Assembly (NCBI GenBank): GCA_009914755.4
Contig: CP068257.2
Span: 22,016,001 to 22,080,000, forward strand
Direction of reading: 5' to 3'
Length of the DNA: 64,000 nucleotides
Origin: the human T2T-CHM13v2.0 reference genome, Homo sapiens
Numbering within the stretch: position 1 is the stretch's first letter; each line of letters starts with the position of its first letter. A program made the position numbers and the translations under genes. Positions 43,230 through 55,030 of the stretch are shown here, piece by piece. The notes under the pieces are model-generated. The model was given only the letters and a program-made list of their open reading frames with translations, was not told the DNA's origin and searched no databases.

Positions 43230-43800
43230 TGTATATTGGTTTTCTATTGCTGCAAAAAATTACCTCAAACTTAGCACCTTAAAAAAATAGCCATTATACC
43301 TCATACTTCCAGGTCAGAATTCCAGCACAGTTTGGCTTGTGTGTTCACAGTATCATAAAACTGAAATCAAAGTGTCAGTCCGGCTGAATTCTCATTGTTA
43401 GGCTACATGGAAATGTGTGTTGCCAAGCTCGTTCTTGTAGGTAGAATCTAGCTCCTTGCAATTATGAGACCATTCCTCATCCCCATGTTTGCTGTCAATC
43501 AAGTGCTGCTCTCAGTCTCTAGAGGTTACCTACATTTCTTGTCCGTGGTCTTGCGGTCTCCATAATCTCCAAGCCAGCAAGAACACATAAATATGTCTGC
43601 TTTCGGTCTCCAATTTCCCTTCTGCAATCAGCAGGAGGAAACTCTATGCTTTAAAAGGGCATGTGATTAGGCCTGGATCATCTCCCTATCTCATGGTCAA
43701 CCTTGCCCTATAGTACAGGCTAAATCAGATTACTCATGCAAGTAAAATCTATTACTTTCAGAGTTCAGAGAATTAAACAAGATGTGTACACCTGAGGAGT
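43230..43800 (-). mobile_element. MaLR/ERVL-type LTR (MLT1/MLT2-like), antisense
   Basis: 'gtatattggttttctattgctgcaaaaaattacctcaaacttagcaccttaaaaaaatagccattatacctcatacttccaggtcagaattccagcacagtttggcttgtgtgttcacagtatcataaaactgaaatcaaagtgtcagtc' parallels the reverse complement of the MLT1 consensus, 'gtgtattagtttgctagggctgccataacaaaataccacagactgggtggcttaaa...cacagttctggaggctggaagtccaagatcaaggtgtcagc', and the remainder is colinear in LTR style up to ~43800. Confidence 0.65.
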
Positions 43801-44930
43801 GGAAGTCGTGAGGCAATCTTAGAATTCTGCCTATCATACTCAGCATTACTGCTTCCTCATTTCCCATGATACAACTACTTCTAATCTTTGCACCTGAAAT
43901 CTTGACTTTTGTGTCTACCTTGACCATGGCTCTCTTGCCTGATAATATCAATATCTTTAATCCAACTTTATCAACCATATCTGTGAGCAAGTCATTCTCC
44001 TGCCTTCTATCATCCCCCTCCCACTCCATAGCATAGAGAGCTTGGCCAGTCTTCTTTTTTTTTTTCCTGAACATAAGAAAACTGCACATTATTGATGGAA
44101 TCTTGAGTTATAGCCCTAAGTTTGGAATTGTCAGTGTAGTGTTGACAGAAGATGGAATTAAAAACAAGGGATGCAAAAGATCTGAGATTTTCTCTGGAGC
44201 AAGTGTAGAGGTAAAAAGAGAAAAATGTGAAGAGAAAGAAGAGGAGGAGGAGCACGTGTAAAGAAGGGAAAGGCAATAGCTGAGAAAGGAACTTGGAAGA
44301 ACCCATCACTCACTGGTCAGTAGCTAAAGACGTTGTGCAGACAATGTGCAGATATAACAACCTCAAAATACTTTTAGGTTGAAAGAACTTAAACATTGTT
44401 TACAAGTTTGCTTCTTTGAAACTAAAAAATATTTTTAATTAAAAATTGGAACACATATAGATGTAGTCGTTCGTTAGAAAGCATATTCTCAACTTTTCAG
44501 ACTTAGATTGGTTGGAGAGGTTTCCCTGGGAGCCTCTTCCTAAAAGGTGACAAGGAGGCGTGGGGAAGGGAATAGACATTTGTTCTGAGTACGACGGGAA
44601 ACATTGCTGTGCAAATGTTTAGAGCTGAATGAAAAACCAAGTCACATACAGGCAAAATGCAGAGGAAAGAGATAATAAATAAATGATTGAGGGTTAGAAA
44701 CAAATGAATGAGAATTAAAAGTCAGCTTTCTATTCCTCATGCCAGTGACTAGCTAAGATATGAGCATTTTTTGTTTGTTTTTATAGGAATCCAGACAACA
44801 CATTTTCTTGCTTAACGAGGTTTGTCAGAGTCGGGCTGAATAAGAGTTTTAATTAGCTAGTAGGGTTAATTTTATCTTATGCTTCTTGAAGTGGAAACAA
44901 GTAACAAGGAAATGTAAAGAACTTAGATAC

Positions 44931-45248
44931 TGGCCGGGCACCGTGGCTCACGCCTGTAATCTCAGCACTTTGGGAAGTCAAGGCAGATGGATTGCTTGAG
45001 GCCAGGAGTTCGAGACAAGCCTGGGCAACATATTGAAACCCCATCTCTACTAAAAATACAAAAATTAGCCTTCTGTGGTGGTGCACACCTGTAGTTCCAG
45101 CTACTCTGGAGGCTGAGGCATGAGAATCGCTTGAACTAAGAGGCGGAGTTTCCACTGAGCTGAGATTGTGCCATTGCACTCCAGCCTGGTCAACAAAGAG
45201 AGACTCTGTCGCACAAAAAAAAAATAAAGAAAGAAAGAAAAGAGAAAA
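44931..45248 (+). mobile_element. full-length Alu (S-type) with TSD
   Basis: 'ggccgggcaccgtggctcacgcctgtaatctcagcactttgggaagtcaaggcagatggattgcttgaggccaggagttcgagacaagcctgggcaacatattgaaaccccatctctactaaaaatacaaaaattagcc...' with an A/GAAA tail. The TSD is 'aacttagatact' (44919-44930) / 'aatttagatact' (45249-45260). Confidence 0.95.
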
Positions 45249-47303
45249 TAATTTAGATACTTAGTATCCTGTTGAGGCAAAAGGGAAGCTTATTTTAACA
45301 GTACATTTTTATGTCACAGCTGAACAGCTCTGTCTATAGCTTGGCTGGGCAGCTTCATTATTTAACAGAATTGTGGGAGTGGGGGTAGCGCCTGGGTGGC
45401 TTCAGCCTGGGATACGCGAATATGAGGTCATGATGAGAAAGAGAGATTTGATTATGTGGGTCATAAAAGTGGTCATTACCAACCTCCCACATTTGTGGAA
45501 ATGTATCTCTCTTTCCACAGGGACTGCCTGAAATGAAAAGTGGCTCTTTAGAAACAAGGAGGATTTTATCGCTCAGGCAGAAGCCTCATAAAGGCTGCCA
45601 TGAGATTTGCCTCGAACAGTTAGGAAGGCACCTTCATCACAGAAGGCCTGCAAAGCTCAGAGTAAAGTGCCCATGAGAAACCGCGGAGACAATTAACCCC
45701 TTATAATATTTCTGAAAGGAAATATCCAGAATCCTGGAAGAAGAAAATTATCTTGTTTAAATAGCTTTTAATTAACTGCAAGGAACCATGAAACCGTTTT
45801 GAGTGGAGTCAAAAGGGGCCATTTGAGCCGCAGAGGTACTTGGCTGTACACGGCAGCCTCCTGGGGAGATTGCTTTGCTGTCCTATTAGAATTCTTTTCC
45901 AGGGTTAAGGGTCATTTTAAAGATCCCCATATGGTATTTCCATACTCACCAAGAAATGACACTAGTTAAAATTACAGGAACTTATTTTGTCCTGTTTATT
46001 TGCTATCAAGTGTGTTCAAAATATATATTCGATGCTTTGTGAAGTGTGGCTTGACCAAGCTTCACAGGTCTTTACATTTGCAGCAGTATTTCGAGTAGAC
46101 AAAAGAGATGAAGACCAGTCATCTTGCCCCATTATATATTATTTCATAGCCTCTAAACCTGATTAAGTTGCTCTCAACTGTAGTAAAGAAAAGGACTGTA
46201 ACTGCCTACCTCAAAAAGGAAAATGTGTAGCTTTTGATAGATGGGATAAAGAGACATGTACAACCAATAGATATGGTTTTATTGTTAGTATAAGAAACTT
46301 GTGACTTCAGCTAATATTGGCTAAAGTCATTAATACTGTTTTTTTTTCTTTCTCAGACACTATCCCAACAACCAAAACATTGAACTTTCGTGGCAAGCTT
46401 TGGTAGCACACAGGCCTTCAGCTATTTTACTGTAGTGCATATGTTATGTGTCCACAAAGCTACGAACAATTTTTGCTTAAGGAAATTGACTTTTCATTGT
46501 GATGAAAATCCACGAGGACAGGAGAAAAAAAGGAGAAAAGGCCAAGAAGAAGAAAAGAAATGTGTTTCTTACATTCTGAGGAAAATCAGCAGAATATGTG
46601 AAGTTTTTTGTTTAGTGTGTAAATTTCATCACACCATTCTGATTGAACATGTCTATGAGGCTAAAATTACAGTGTATGGATGAATGTCAAGTGTTACCAG
46701 TTTAAAAAGATAATGTCAATTCTTTATGAACTGCTGCATTCTCATATGAATTACATTTAAGTATATGGCTTTTTAACTTATATATTTATAATGCTTGCTT
46801 TAGTCTTAATTGTAAAATTTTCTATAAGTTACAAAAATTCACAGCTGTCAAATCTTTAATAACGAAAGTGTTTTGAAATGCTGGCATTAAGTGTAGACAA
46901 AATTTTTGCCAGCATAAGTGCTAACGTGTCTGTAAAACAAAATTAGAACACATGCACTTTTAGTTTTTTAAGGAAAGAAATATACATCCTGACATTCATA
47001 TTATGAAAAGTAGAGTGATAAATTAGTCTTTAGGTATTAGAACATATAAAATAATGTATTTTGCTTCAAAATACGGAACAAAACACAATTCACCAAGAAT
47101 ATTAAAGATTAGAAGCCATAATCAAAAAATAAATGACTCTTACTTCAATACTCCAAAACTAAATACATGATGAGGTCTACCCTGTCATTTTTGATCATGG
47201 TAAAATCAGGAGCAAATATTTGCTGGGCACCCACTGTATGCATCTATGTTAATCCAGGTTCTCTTAGAAGCAGATGCTAATATGGGATTAAATGTGTGTG
47301 GAT

Positions 47304-47610
47304 GGCCAGGGGTATGGTGATTCACTCTGGTAACTCCAGCACTTTGGGAGGCCAAGGCTGGCGGATCACCTGAGGTCAGGAGTTCGAGACCAGCCTGGCC
47401 ACCATGGCAAAAAACCCTCTCTACTAAAAATACAAAATTAGCCAGGGGCAGTGGCACATACCTGTAGTCTCAGCTACATAGGAGTCTGAGGCAAGAGAAT
47501 CACTTGAGCCAGGGTGGCAGAGTTTGCAGTGAGCCGAGGTCATGACTCTGTACTTCACCCTGGGTGACAGAGGGAGACTCTGTCTCAAAAAATAAGTAAA
47601 TAAATAAATG
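47304..47610 (+). mobile_element. full-length Alu (S-type)
   Basis: 'ggccaggggtatggtgattcactctggtaactccagcactttgggaggccaaggctggcggatcacctgaggtcaggagttcgagaccagcctggccaccatggcaaaaaaccctctctactaaaaatacaaaattagccaggggcagtggcacatacctgtagtctcagctacataggagtctgaggcaagagaatcacttgagcc...tgacagagggagactctgtctcaaaaaataagtaaataaataaatg'. Confidence 0.93.
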
Positions 47611-48086
47611 TGTTTGGGTTTTATTAGGGAAATAACTATGGGAAAAATAAATAGGGGGAACCTGGAAGAGCCATAAGAGCCCAAAGCAAATTTGACCCAA
47701 AGTGAAAAAGAGAAAATTGGCTGGACCCATCCTGGACTGCCATGCAGCCTAAGAACTATTCATTTGAAATGCCAAAGATTTTTTTGAGCACAAGTCAGCT
47801 GACAAAGGGATCCCATGTTTCCTAGGATCTTAGTCTCTCTGTCACACTCAGTCATCCACAGGGATCAGCCTGTCGGGGAAAATGCTTTGGCACAGATGCT
47901 GAAATGAATTTAAAAGCAAAGCAGCCAGGGCTCTATGTCAAGAATACTTTCTGTAGCAGAAAGTCTGAGGAGCTTAATCTCAGGGCTTCCAGAAGAATAT
48001 TCTTGATGTGAGATGGAAAAGTACATGAGAGTCAATGGCAGAATATGTTCCGTTACTACAGGAACCTATAATCAATTTTAAAACCT

Positions 48087-48613
48087 GCTGAGATGGTTAA
48101 TTTTATGTGTCAACTTGCCTTGGCTAAGGGATGCTCAGATAGCTGGTAAAAAAAAAAAAATGTATCTCTGAGTGTATCTGTGAAGGTGCCTCCATAAGAG
48201 AGTCACATTTGAATCTGAAGGCTGAAAAAGGAGATCACCCTCACCAACTCTAGTGGGTATCATCCAATCCTTTGAGGGCAAGCATAGAACAAAAAGGCCA
48301 AGAAAGTGCAAATTTGCTCGTTTGAGCTGGGACATCCATGCTCTCCTGTGCTTAGACATCAGTGCTCCTGCTTCTCAGGCCCTCAGACTGAGCTAGGGAC
48401 TTTTACAGCATTTGATCCCCTGCTTCTCAGGCCCTTGGGTTTGAACTGAAATTACACTGCTGGCTTTTCTGGGCCTCTACCTCTAGAGAACACATGTTGA
48501 AACTTCTCAGGTTCCATAATTGCCTGAGCAAATCCCTCAAAAAAGTCACTTCCTATATGTCTTTCTATGTGTCTTATTAGTTTGTTTTTTTGGGGTGAAA
48601 CATGACTAAAACA
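48087..48613 (+). mobile_element. solitary MaLR LTR (MST/MLT1-type), apparently full length
   Basis: 'tgagatggttaattttatgtgtcaacttgccttggctaagggatgctcagatagctggtaaaa...gtatctctgagtgtatctgtgaaggtgcctccataagagagtcacatttgaatctgaaggctgaaaaaggagatcaccctcaccaactctagtgggtatcatccaatcctttgagggcaagcatagaacaaaaaggccaagaaagtgcaaatttgctcgtttgagctgggacatccatgctctcctgtgcttagacatcagtgctcctgcttctcaggccctcagactgag...ttacactgctggcttttctgggcctc...cttctcaggttccataattgcctgagcaaatccc...gaaacatgactaaaaca' is colinear across the whole MST/MLT1 LTR consensus, including the tandem 'gctcctggttctcgggcctttggactc' sub-repeats and the terminal '...ccctgactaatacA'. Confidence 0.85.
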
Positions 48614-49249
48614 CCTACTTTGATATTTTCCACTGGAAACTAAGTTAATAAAAAAGCTTTGGGGCATTTTGTTTGCATCCCATTCTCATTCTATTTCTCT
48701 GCGCACCTTCCATCATCCTTTCTATGTTTCAATCTTTGATGCCAAGAAATACATCTTCCTCTTTGTGTTATCCGTGAAAGTAAAACATTCTCTAAATTTT
48801 GATTTTTGAAGCAGCAGAAAATAAAAACAGATGAGGTAGATACGTTCAGACTCCATTCATCTTGGAAGAACCTATGTCTTCTGAAAAGAAGCTGTTTTTT
48901 GGTTATTTTTAATTAAATTTTTAAATTTATTAACAAAGTGCCCTAGGCTCTATGTTGAAAGAGCAAGGCTTCATATGAGGATATAACTCTCTATACAATT
49001 CCACTGTTTTTAAACTTGTTCAATACCTGTAAATCAAGTGTAAGTTGCACACACAGGATGCCTTATGTTGGCATGAGCTTGCCATTGGTAGGTCTGCATT
49101 TTCACCATCCTCTTAGTTCATTCTCGCTTTCTACAGCAGAGGTGATTCTACATAGAACAATGTGTGTGTATGTGTGGGGCAAGTTGTGAAGGGAGGTTGG
49201 GGAACATAACAGAATCATGAGTCTTTCCATTGCTGAACAACCAGCATAT

Positions 49250-49440
49250 CAGTGAAAGAGGAGTGGCCTAGAGTTTGAAAAAATTCAGAATAGAAAAGGG
49301 GTGACTGAAAGGAAAGGGATATTTAGTATCAAGGAAGAGTCCTAAAACAGGAATTAGGACATCTGAGTTCAAGTCCAACTTCAATATTTATTAGCTGTGT
49401 GATTGTTAAAAGATAACTAAATTAGTTAATGTTTGTGTTT
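49250..49440 (+). mobile_element. possible MIR SINE fragment
   Basis: 'ggacatctgagttcaagtccaacttcaatatttattagctgtgtgattgttaaaag' resembles the MIR core 'gactgcctgggttcgaatcccggctctgccacttactagctgtgtgaccttgggcaag'. The match is weak outside the core. Confidence 0.35.
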
Positions 49441-52268
49441 AAAAACCCAAATAATAATTATTAAAGAAAATAAAAAATTACCATAAAATTTCTAAGAATA
49501 TTAAATTTCTGAAAATATTAATTCTGAAATTGCACGTTATGCAAATTAAACAAGTGTATTATAAAGTATCTTAATAAGTATTTACATATACTGTAAACAT
49601 ATCTTAATTATCTATAAATTTACATTCCTACAAATGCTACAGCTTAATTATTTGATTAACAATATAGATGCTTTGGTTTGGGTTAACTCATTCACACATA
49701 TGCACTACAGAAGCCCAATTCAAACTTAACTCAAAAACACAAAGTAATTATTAGTTCATGTAACAAAGATGTTTGTCTCAGGGAGCAGTAGAATCAAAAT
49801 GAAAATAATATCATCTTGGCTCTGCCTTTATCAGTTTTGCTTATCTGTGCTTCTCTTTTCTTCCAGGTTTTTTTTTAATTCCTGTTGCAGATAACTTTTT
49901 TGCCTCATTGAGAAAGATGACTTCTGTAAATCATAACCCTGTATGCTAACAGCTAGTGATCCAAAATGAAGACAGTTTTCCCCACCATTTCCAGCAGGAG
50001 AGTCCATTGGATGATTCTCACCATGTCTGGGTCCTTGTGCCCAGGTTTCAGTCAATTGCTCCTCCCAAAGGGTTGCGGTGTGATCACTGGCCTAGCACAG
50101 CTTAAATGCTCGGGCTTGTTGTCATGGAGAACAAAATACAAAGAATGATGATTCCAGCAAGACCACAGGTGAAATATATTCCGACGAAGAATGAGAAATC
50201 TATAGCATAATTTGAATTGTTGAAAACAAGGAAAGAAATATCAAAGGATGCCATTTATAGGATAAGAATAGGAGGTAATTGAAAATTCGATTTTATTAGG
50301 GCAAAAGCTAACAGTTTGAAACCAGTATAAAGCACTGGGTGTCTGGGAGAAAAGGAAAAGGAAAGGAAGTTGGGAAGGACCTCAGGCCTAAGAATGCACA
50401 AATGTCATTTATGTGGAAATTGCACCTTCAATTTTAATACCAACTGATATCTGATGTTTCACAGATATATTATTATTAATTAGAGATGTTACAAAATTCT
50501 GCCTAAGCAAACCCATCTCTCCAGATCAGGTGTATATTTCTAGCCAAATTCTACTCCTATGTGAAAGGATACAAAGCAAAATAAAATAAAATCAAGAAAT
50601 ACGAATACCCATGTCAAGTCTCATATTCTTTATCTTTGGCCATTTCGTCTACATTTTCCACAATTTTTTAACCTCTCTGTTCATGATCTATTTTTAAAAG
50701 TATAAAATTCTTCAATGCCCAGTTTGTTGACACATGTAAACTGATAAAAATAATAAAAATAAGAAGCAGCTGCTTAAAAAAGAGATCACTCTTTCGTGCT
50801 TTCCAAAGTGTGGTGGTGGCTGGAACTGCTTTCTTTTGACAGCCTCTTATATTTTGTCCCCTTGTTCCCCTACGTCGTTCAGTGTTCACTTCTATAGTGA
50901 TGAATGTATTATGGACTTCAAGGTAGTTTAACTCTAATCAAAGGAATGGGAGTGATCTTAGTAAGAAACTGCAGTAAACCTTAAGTGCATGTTGTTTCTT
51001 GCAGCTCATTCACTCACCTATTAAGAGAACTAACTGCTCATTTGTTGTATTTTCCAAATTTGCCCTTTTAAAGCAACTAAATTATAATAATTTTATATAC
51101 ATTTCCTTTCTAATATACTCATTACCTTAGCTGGAAATGAAATACTTATAGGCACCCATATAAGGAGAGTTATACCTTTTAAATGTAAGTAACTATCAAA
51201 GTTCAAAATAGAAATACCTCACCTATATACCACTTTGTTTGCTGATTAATTACTGTAGACTTTGAGTTCTGTCAGCCTATAAAGGAAAGTTGCATTTTCT
51301 AAACAAAAGAAAATTTTTTTCAGCTTTCAACTTTTTTCTGAGAGCCTGGGTTTTTCCTTGAATTGAAAGTAGTGTTTAATCTTAAGGTGGAGTGGCAGGA
51401 GAGTCATTATCTGAATTTATTGTCAAAAACAATCTAAATCCCTAACAAAGGGGAAAATACATTAAGTGGTTTCAGTGAGATGTATGTTGAAGAATAAATG
51501 GATGAGTGAATCAATAGATTAATGAGATAAGTGGTCTCTCTTGCTGCCCAGAATCCTTTGGGGTATTCCACAGGATGCTGCCTTTGCCCTGCTTATCAAA
51601 AGGGAGACTATGGAGACCCTCTCACTTCAGACCCTTTGTCTCTCAACCTCAGGCCCAATTCCAATCCTCCCCAACGTGTGATCTCTGGACATCAATCCCC
51701 ACCCCTGTCTTAGGAGAATAAAAATAGATGGTGGAGGTTTTCAGTTGGGAGTTTGACAGTCCTTAAGCCCTAGTAACATTTACCTAAAGAAGGTGCAAGA
51801 TCCATTGGATTCATTTTTGAAATTGTATTGAGCCACTGATGATCAAAGCAAGCTAATGAATCATGATGATATCTGGTTTAACTACCATGGTAGGCATATA
51901 AATCTCAGTTGTTTGTCCTATGTGTATGAAACAGCGGTATAATCCAAACAGTCAGTAAAACTAAAATTCTAACTATTTTACAATCTGGTCATTCTCCAGG
52001 AGATATACCTGTATTATAGCCTTCCTGGGCTAATTTTCCACATAAAAAGATTCATTTTAATCTGATTTTAAGGAGATGGATGTATTTTGACCCAAAGTGG
52101 TATCAGCTAATGAGAGCAAAATAGTCTTTAGCTGTTATTTAATGCTCAGTACACCTTGCATCTAAATTAAAGTGTATAAAGGGCAGTTTTAACTATTTTC
52201 AATAAAAATGTTGTAAAATTGTTAAGGGATATGTACTTAAGCATAGACTTACTATTAAAGCCAGTTTA

Positions 52269-52600
52269 GGCTGAGTGGGGTGGCTCACACCTATAATCCC
52301 AGCACCTTGGGAGGCCAAGGATGGAGGATCACTTGAGCCCAGGAGTTCAAGACCAGCCTAAGCAACATAGTAAGATTCTGTCTATAAAATAAAATAAAAT
52401 AAAATAAAATAAAATAAAATAAAATAAAATAAAATGGCTGGGTGTGTTGGTCTGTGCCTGTAGTCCCAGCTACTTGAAAGGCTGAGGTGGGAGGATCACA
52501 GGAACCAGGGAGGTTGTGGCTTCATTGAGCCATGATTGCACCACTGCACTGCAGCCTAGGCAACAAAATGAGAGGTATCTAATTTTAAAAAAACAAAACG
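52269..52600 (+). mobile_element. Alu (older, J/S-like) with expanded middle linker
   Basis: 'ggctgagtggggtggctcacacctataatcccagcaccttgggaggccaaggatggaggatcacttgagcccaggagttcaagaccagcctaagcaacatagtaagattctgtctataaaat...' and right monomer 'ggctgggtgtgttggtctgtgcctgtagtcccagctacttgaaaggctgaggtgggaggatcacaggaaccagggaggttgtggcttcattgagccatgattgcaccactgcactgcagcctaggcaacaaaatgagagg'. Confidence 0.93.
52386..52435. repeat. (AAAAT)10 pentanucleotide microsatellite in the Alu linker
   Basis: ten perfect 'aaaat' units. Confidence 0.97.
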
Positions 52601-52904
52601 AAAACCAGAAAACACCATAGTTTATGTTCTATAAATAAAAAAAAAGTAGTCTACAAATATGTCTGATGCCAGAAGAAAGTTACATCAACAGTTGTTATGG
52701 ATAATGTAAAAAACATCAAACCTAAATAGCTTGACAGCATGTAACTGTTCCTCAGGAATCATCATTATCATCATCACAATTGTCATTATGAGCAGCAGTA
52801 ACACATCACAGTTATTATGCCCTTACTCAGTATATTTAATTCTATATTTTCTATAACCTTTTGACTTAGGTTTAATAAATCCCATTTAAAAAATAAGAAA
52901 ACAG

Positions 52905-53262
<358 letters not shown>

Positions 53263-54377
53263 TCAGGCCACACAGAAAATAGCAAGAGCCAGATGTGAAT
53301 CACACATCTTTCTTGTTCTAAATTTCCTGTCGTCAACCACTACCCTGCCTCCCACAGTGTCTCTTAGGCACTCACTTGACATTGATTTTCCTGATATATC
53401 TCACAGGTCCCTGTAGTTTTATTGCATTGATATCCTCCACGGAAATTCTCCAATTTCCCTACTCTACAGTCTGCATTTTTTTTTCAGTTATATATGAAAT
53501 GCAGCTTTGGAATTCCTCACTCTGTCTACTTAGCTAAAGCTTATGGCAGATTCTTGGCACATATGTTTTACTTTATCAGTTTTCTTCAGAGTGTTGTTCT
53601 TGCCACATCACAAATGTTTTTGCTTCCTTACATAATGCAAATTTTCATCACCCAAGCCCATGTATTGGAAAATGTAGAAATAAAATACTGCTTGAGAATT
53701 TGAGATATTATAATGAGTTAAATTTGCCCCACATAGAGCCCATTCTCTAGGGACCACACCACTTAGATCTTGTTACTAAAATATATGAACCGAAAGAGAA
53801 GCCAAATCAGGAAAAAGCTGGTTCAAGATGTGCAAAGGGCCAACCTCGTTAGAAGGATTTACAACCCAATTACATAAGGTCTAAGAGACTGGGCAAATTA
53901 TTGAGGCTATTCATATTATTTTACTAGAGCAGAAATTAACTATGTTCAATAATGGAGTTATTAGCTAGACCTTGAAAGGACAATTAGAGATCTTTGTTCC
54001 AATACAATTTGATTTGTTTATAAAGCATTTCTTAGTTATAGCTGCCCTGTCTTATTATAAGAATTTTTCTTTTGTTACAAGAATTTAAATTCTTATGTTT
54101 AAATTTTGTTATAAGAATTTAAATTCAAATACTAGATATTTTAATAAATATCACTAGCATTAATATTAATATTTTTGCTAAGTGAGAATAACATTCATTT
54201 TTAATTTTTTTAATGATAAACATTATCTGAAAAAATGTAACCCTACAGATTATTTTACAGCTAGACATTTTACAAAGTTAAGTACTAAATAATAATGCTT
54301 TCAAATTATAGCACTTTTTTTGCACATCATCAACAAACTAAGCTTTTTTTTTTTTATTGCTGTTCTTATAAAACCTG

Positions 54378-54885
54378 TCTAATTTCGTGTGATAATTAAT
54401 TTTATGTGTCAACTTGACTGGGTCATGAGGTGCCCAGATATCTGGCCAAGTCTTATTGTGGTGTGTCTCTCAAGATGTTCTTGGATGAGATTAACATTTA
54501 AATGGGTAAACTGAAGAAAGCAGTTGTCCTTCCTAATGTGGGTCAGCTTCATGCAATCAGGTGAAAGGCTGAATAGATCAAAAAGCCCAAGTTAAGAGAT
54601 AATTTCTCCTGCCTCATTACCTCTGAACTGGAACATCAGTTTTTCCCTGCCTCCAGAGACTCTACCTAAAATATTGGCTCTTCCAGTGTCTTGAGCCTGG
54701 ATCTTGAGCCTGGAAGTACATCATCAGCTCTCCTGGTTCTCAGATCTTTGGACATGGACTGGAACTAAACCTTTGGCTATCTCAAGCCCTAAATTGCTGA
54801 CTTATCTTGCAAATCTTCAGGAATTGTCAACTTCCACAATCACACGAGCTAATTTCTTATGACAAATCTGATGTGAGTGTGTGTG
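54378..54885 (+). mobile_element. MaLR LTR (MLT1-type), 3' end replaced by low-complexity repeat
   Basis: 'tgtgataattaattttatgtgtcaacttgactgggtcatgaggtgcccagatatctggccaagtcttattgtggtgtgtctctcaagatgttcttggatgagattaacatttaaatgggtaaactgaagaaagcagttgtccttcctaatgtgggtcagcttcatgcaatcaggtgaaaggctgaatagatcaaaaagcccaag...ctctcctggttctcagatctttggacatggactggaactaaacctttggctatctcaagccc...ccacaatcacacgagctaatttcttatgacaaatc' is colinear with the MaLR LTR consensus ('tgtggcaggtgtcaagattaactatcaacttgactgggctaagggatgcccagatagctgg...tctcctggttctcgggcctttggactc...ccataatcgcgtgagccaattcccataataaatc'). Confidence 0.8.
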
Positions 54886-54887
54886 TA

Positions 54888-55030
54888 ATTATGTATAAGA
54901 ATTTATATATAAATATATGTAGATTATACATAAGAATATATGTAGATTATATATAAGAACATATATAAGAATATAGGTAGATTATATATAAGAATATATA
55001 CATATAATCCTATATACATATAATCACATG
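54888..55030. repeat. AT-rich imperfect minisatellite (unit ~22-35 bp, 'ataagaatatatgtagattatat'-like)
   Basis: 'ataagaatttatatataaatatatgtagattatacataagaatatatgtagattatatataagaacatatataagaatataggtagattatatataagaatatatacatataatcc' forms 4-5 degenerate tandem units. Confidence 0.8.

Noticed and set aside
43730-44089. 119-aa minus-strand ORF, and 44010-44309 (99 aa)
   Set aside because: They overlap the end of a MaLR/ERVL LTR and a polypurine low-complexity tract (K/E/R-rich translation 'KKKKTG...', 'EEKKKEDW'). These are composition artefacts.
52386-52435. Regularly spaced short repeats that might look CRISPR-like ((AAAAT)10, also (GAAA)n at 33323-33366 and (AAAAT/AAATA)n at 1972-2046)
   Set aside because: These are 4-5-bp microsatellites inside Alu linkers and tails with no spacers. 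They are not CRISPR arrays, and the sequence is eukaryotic.
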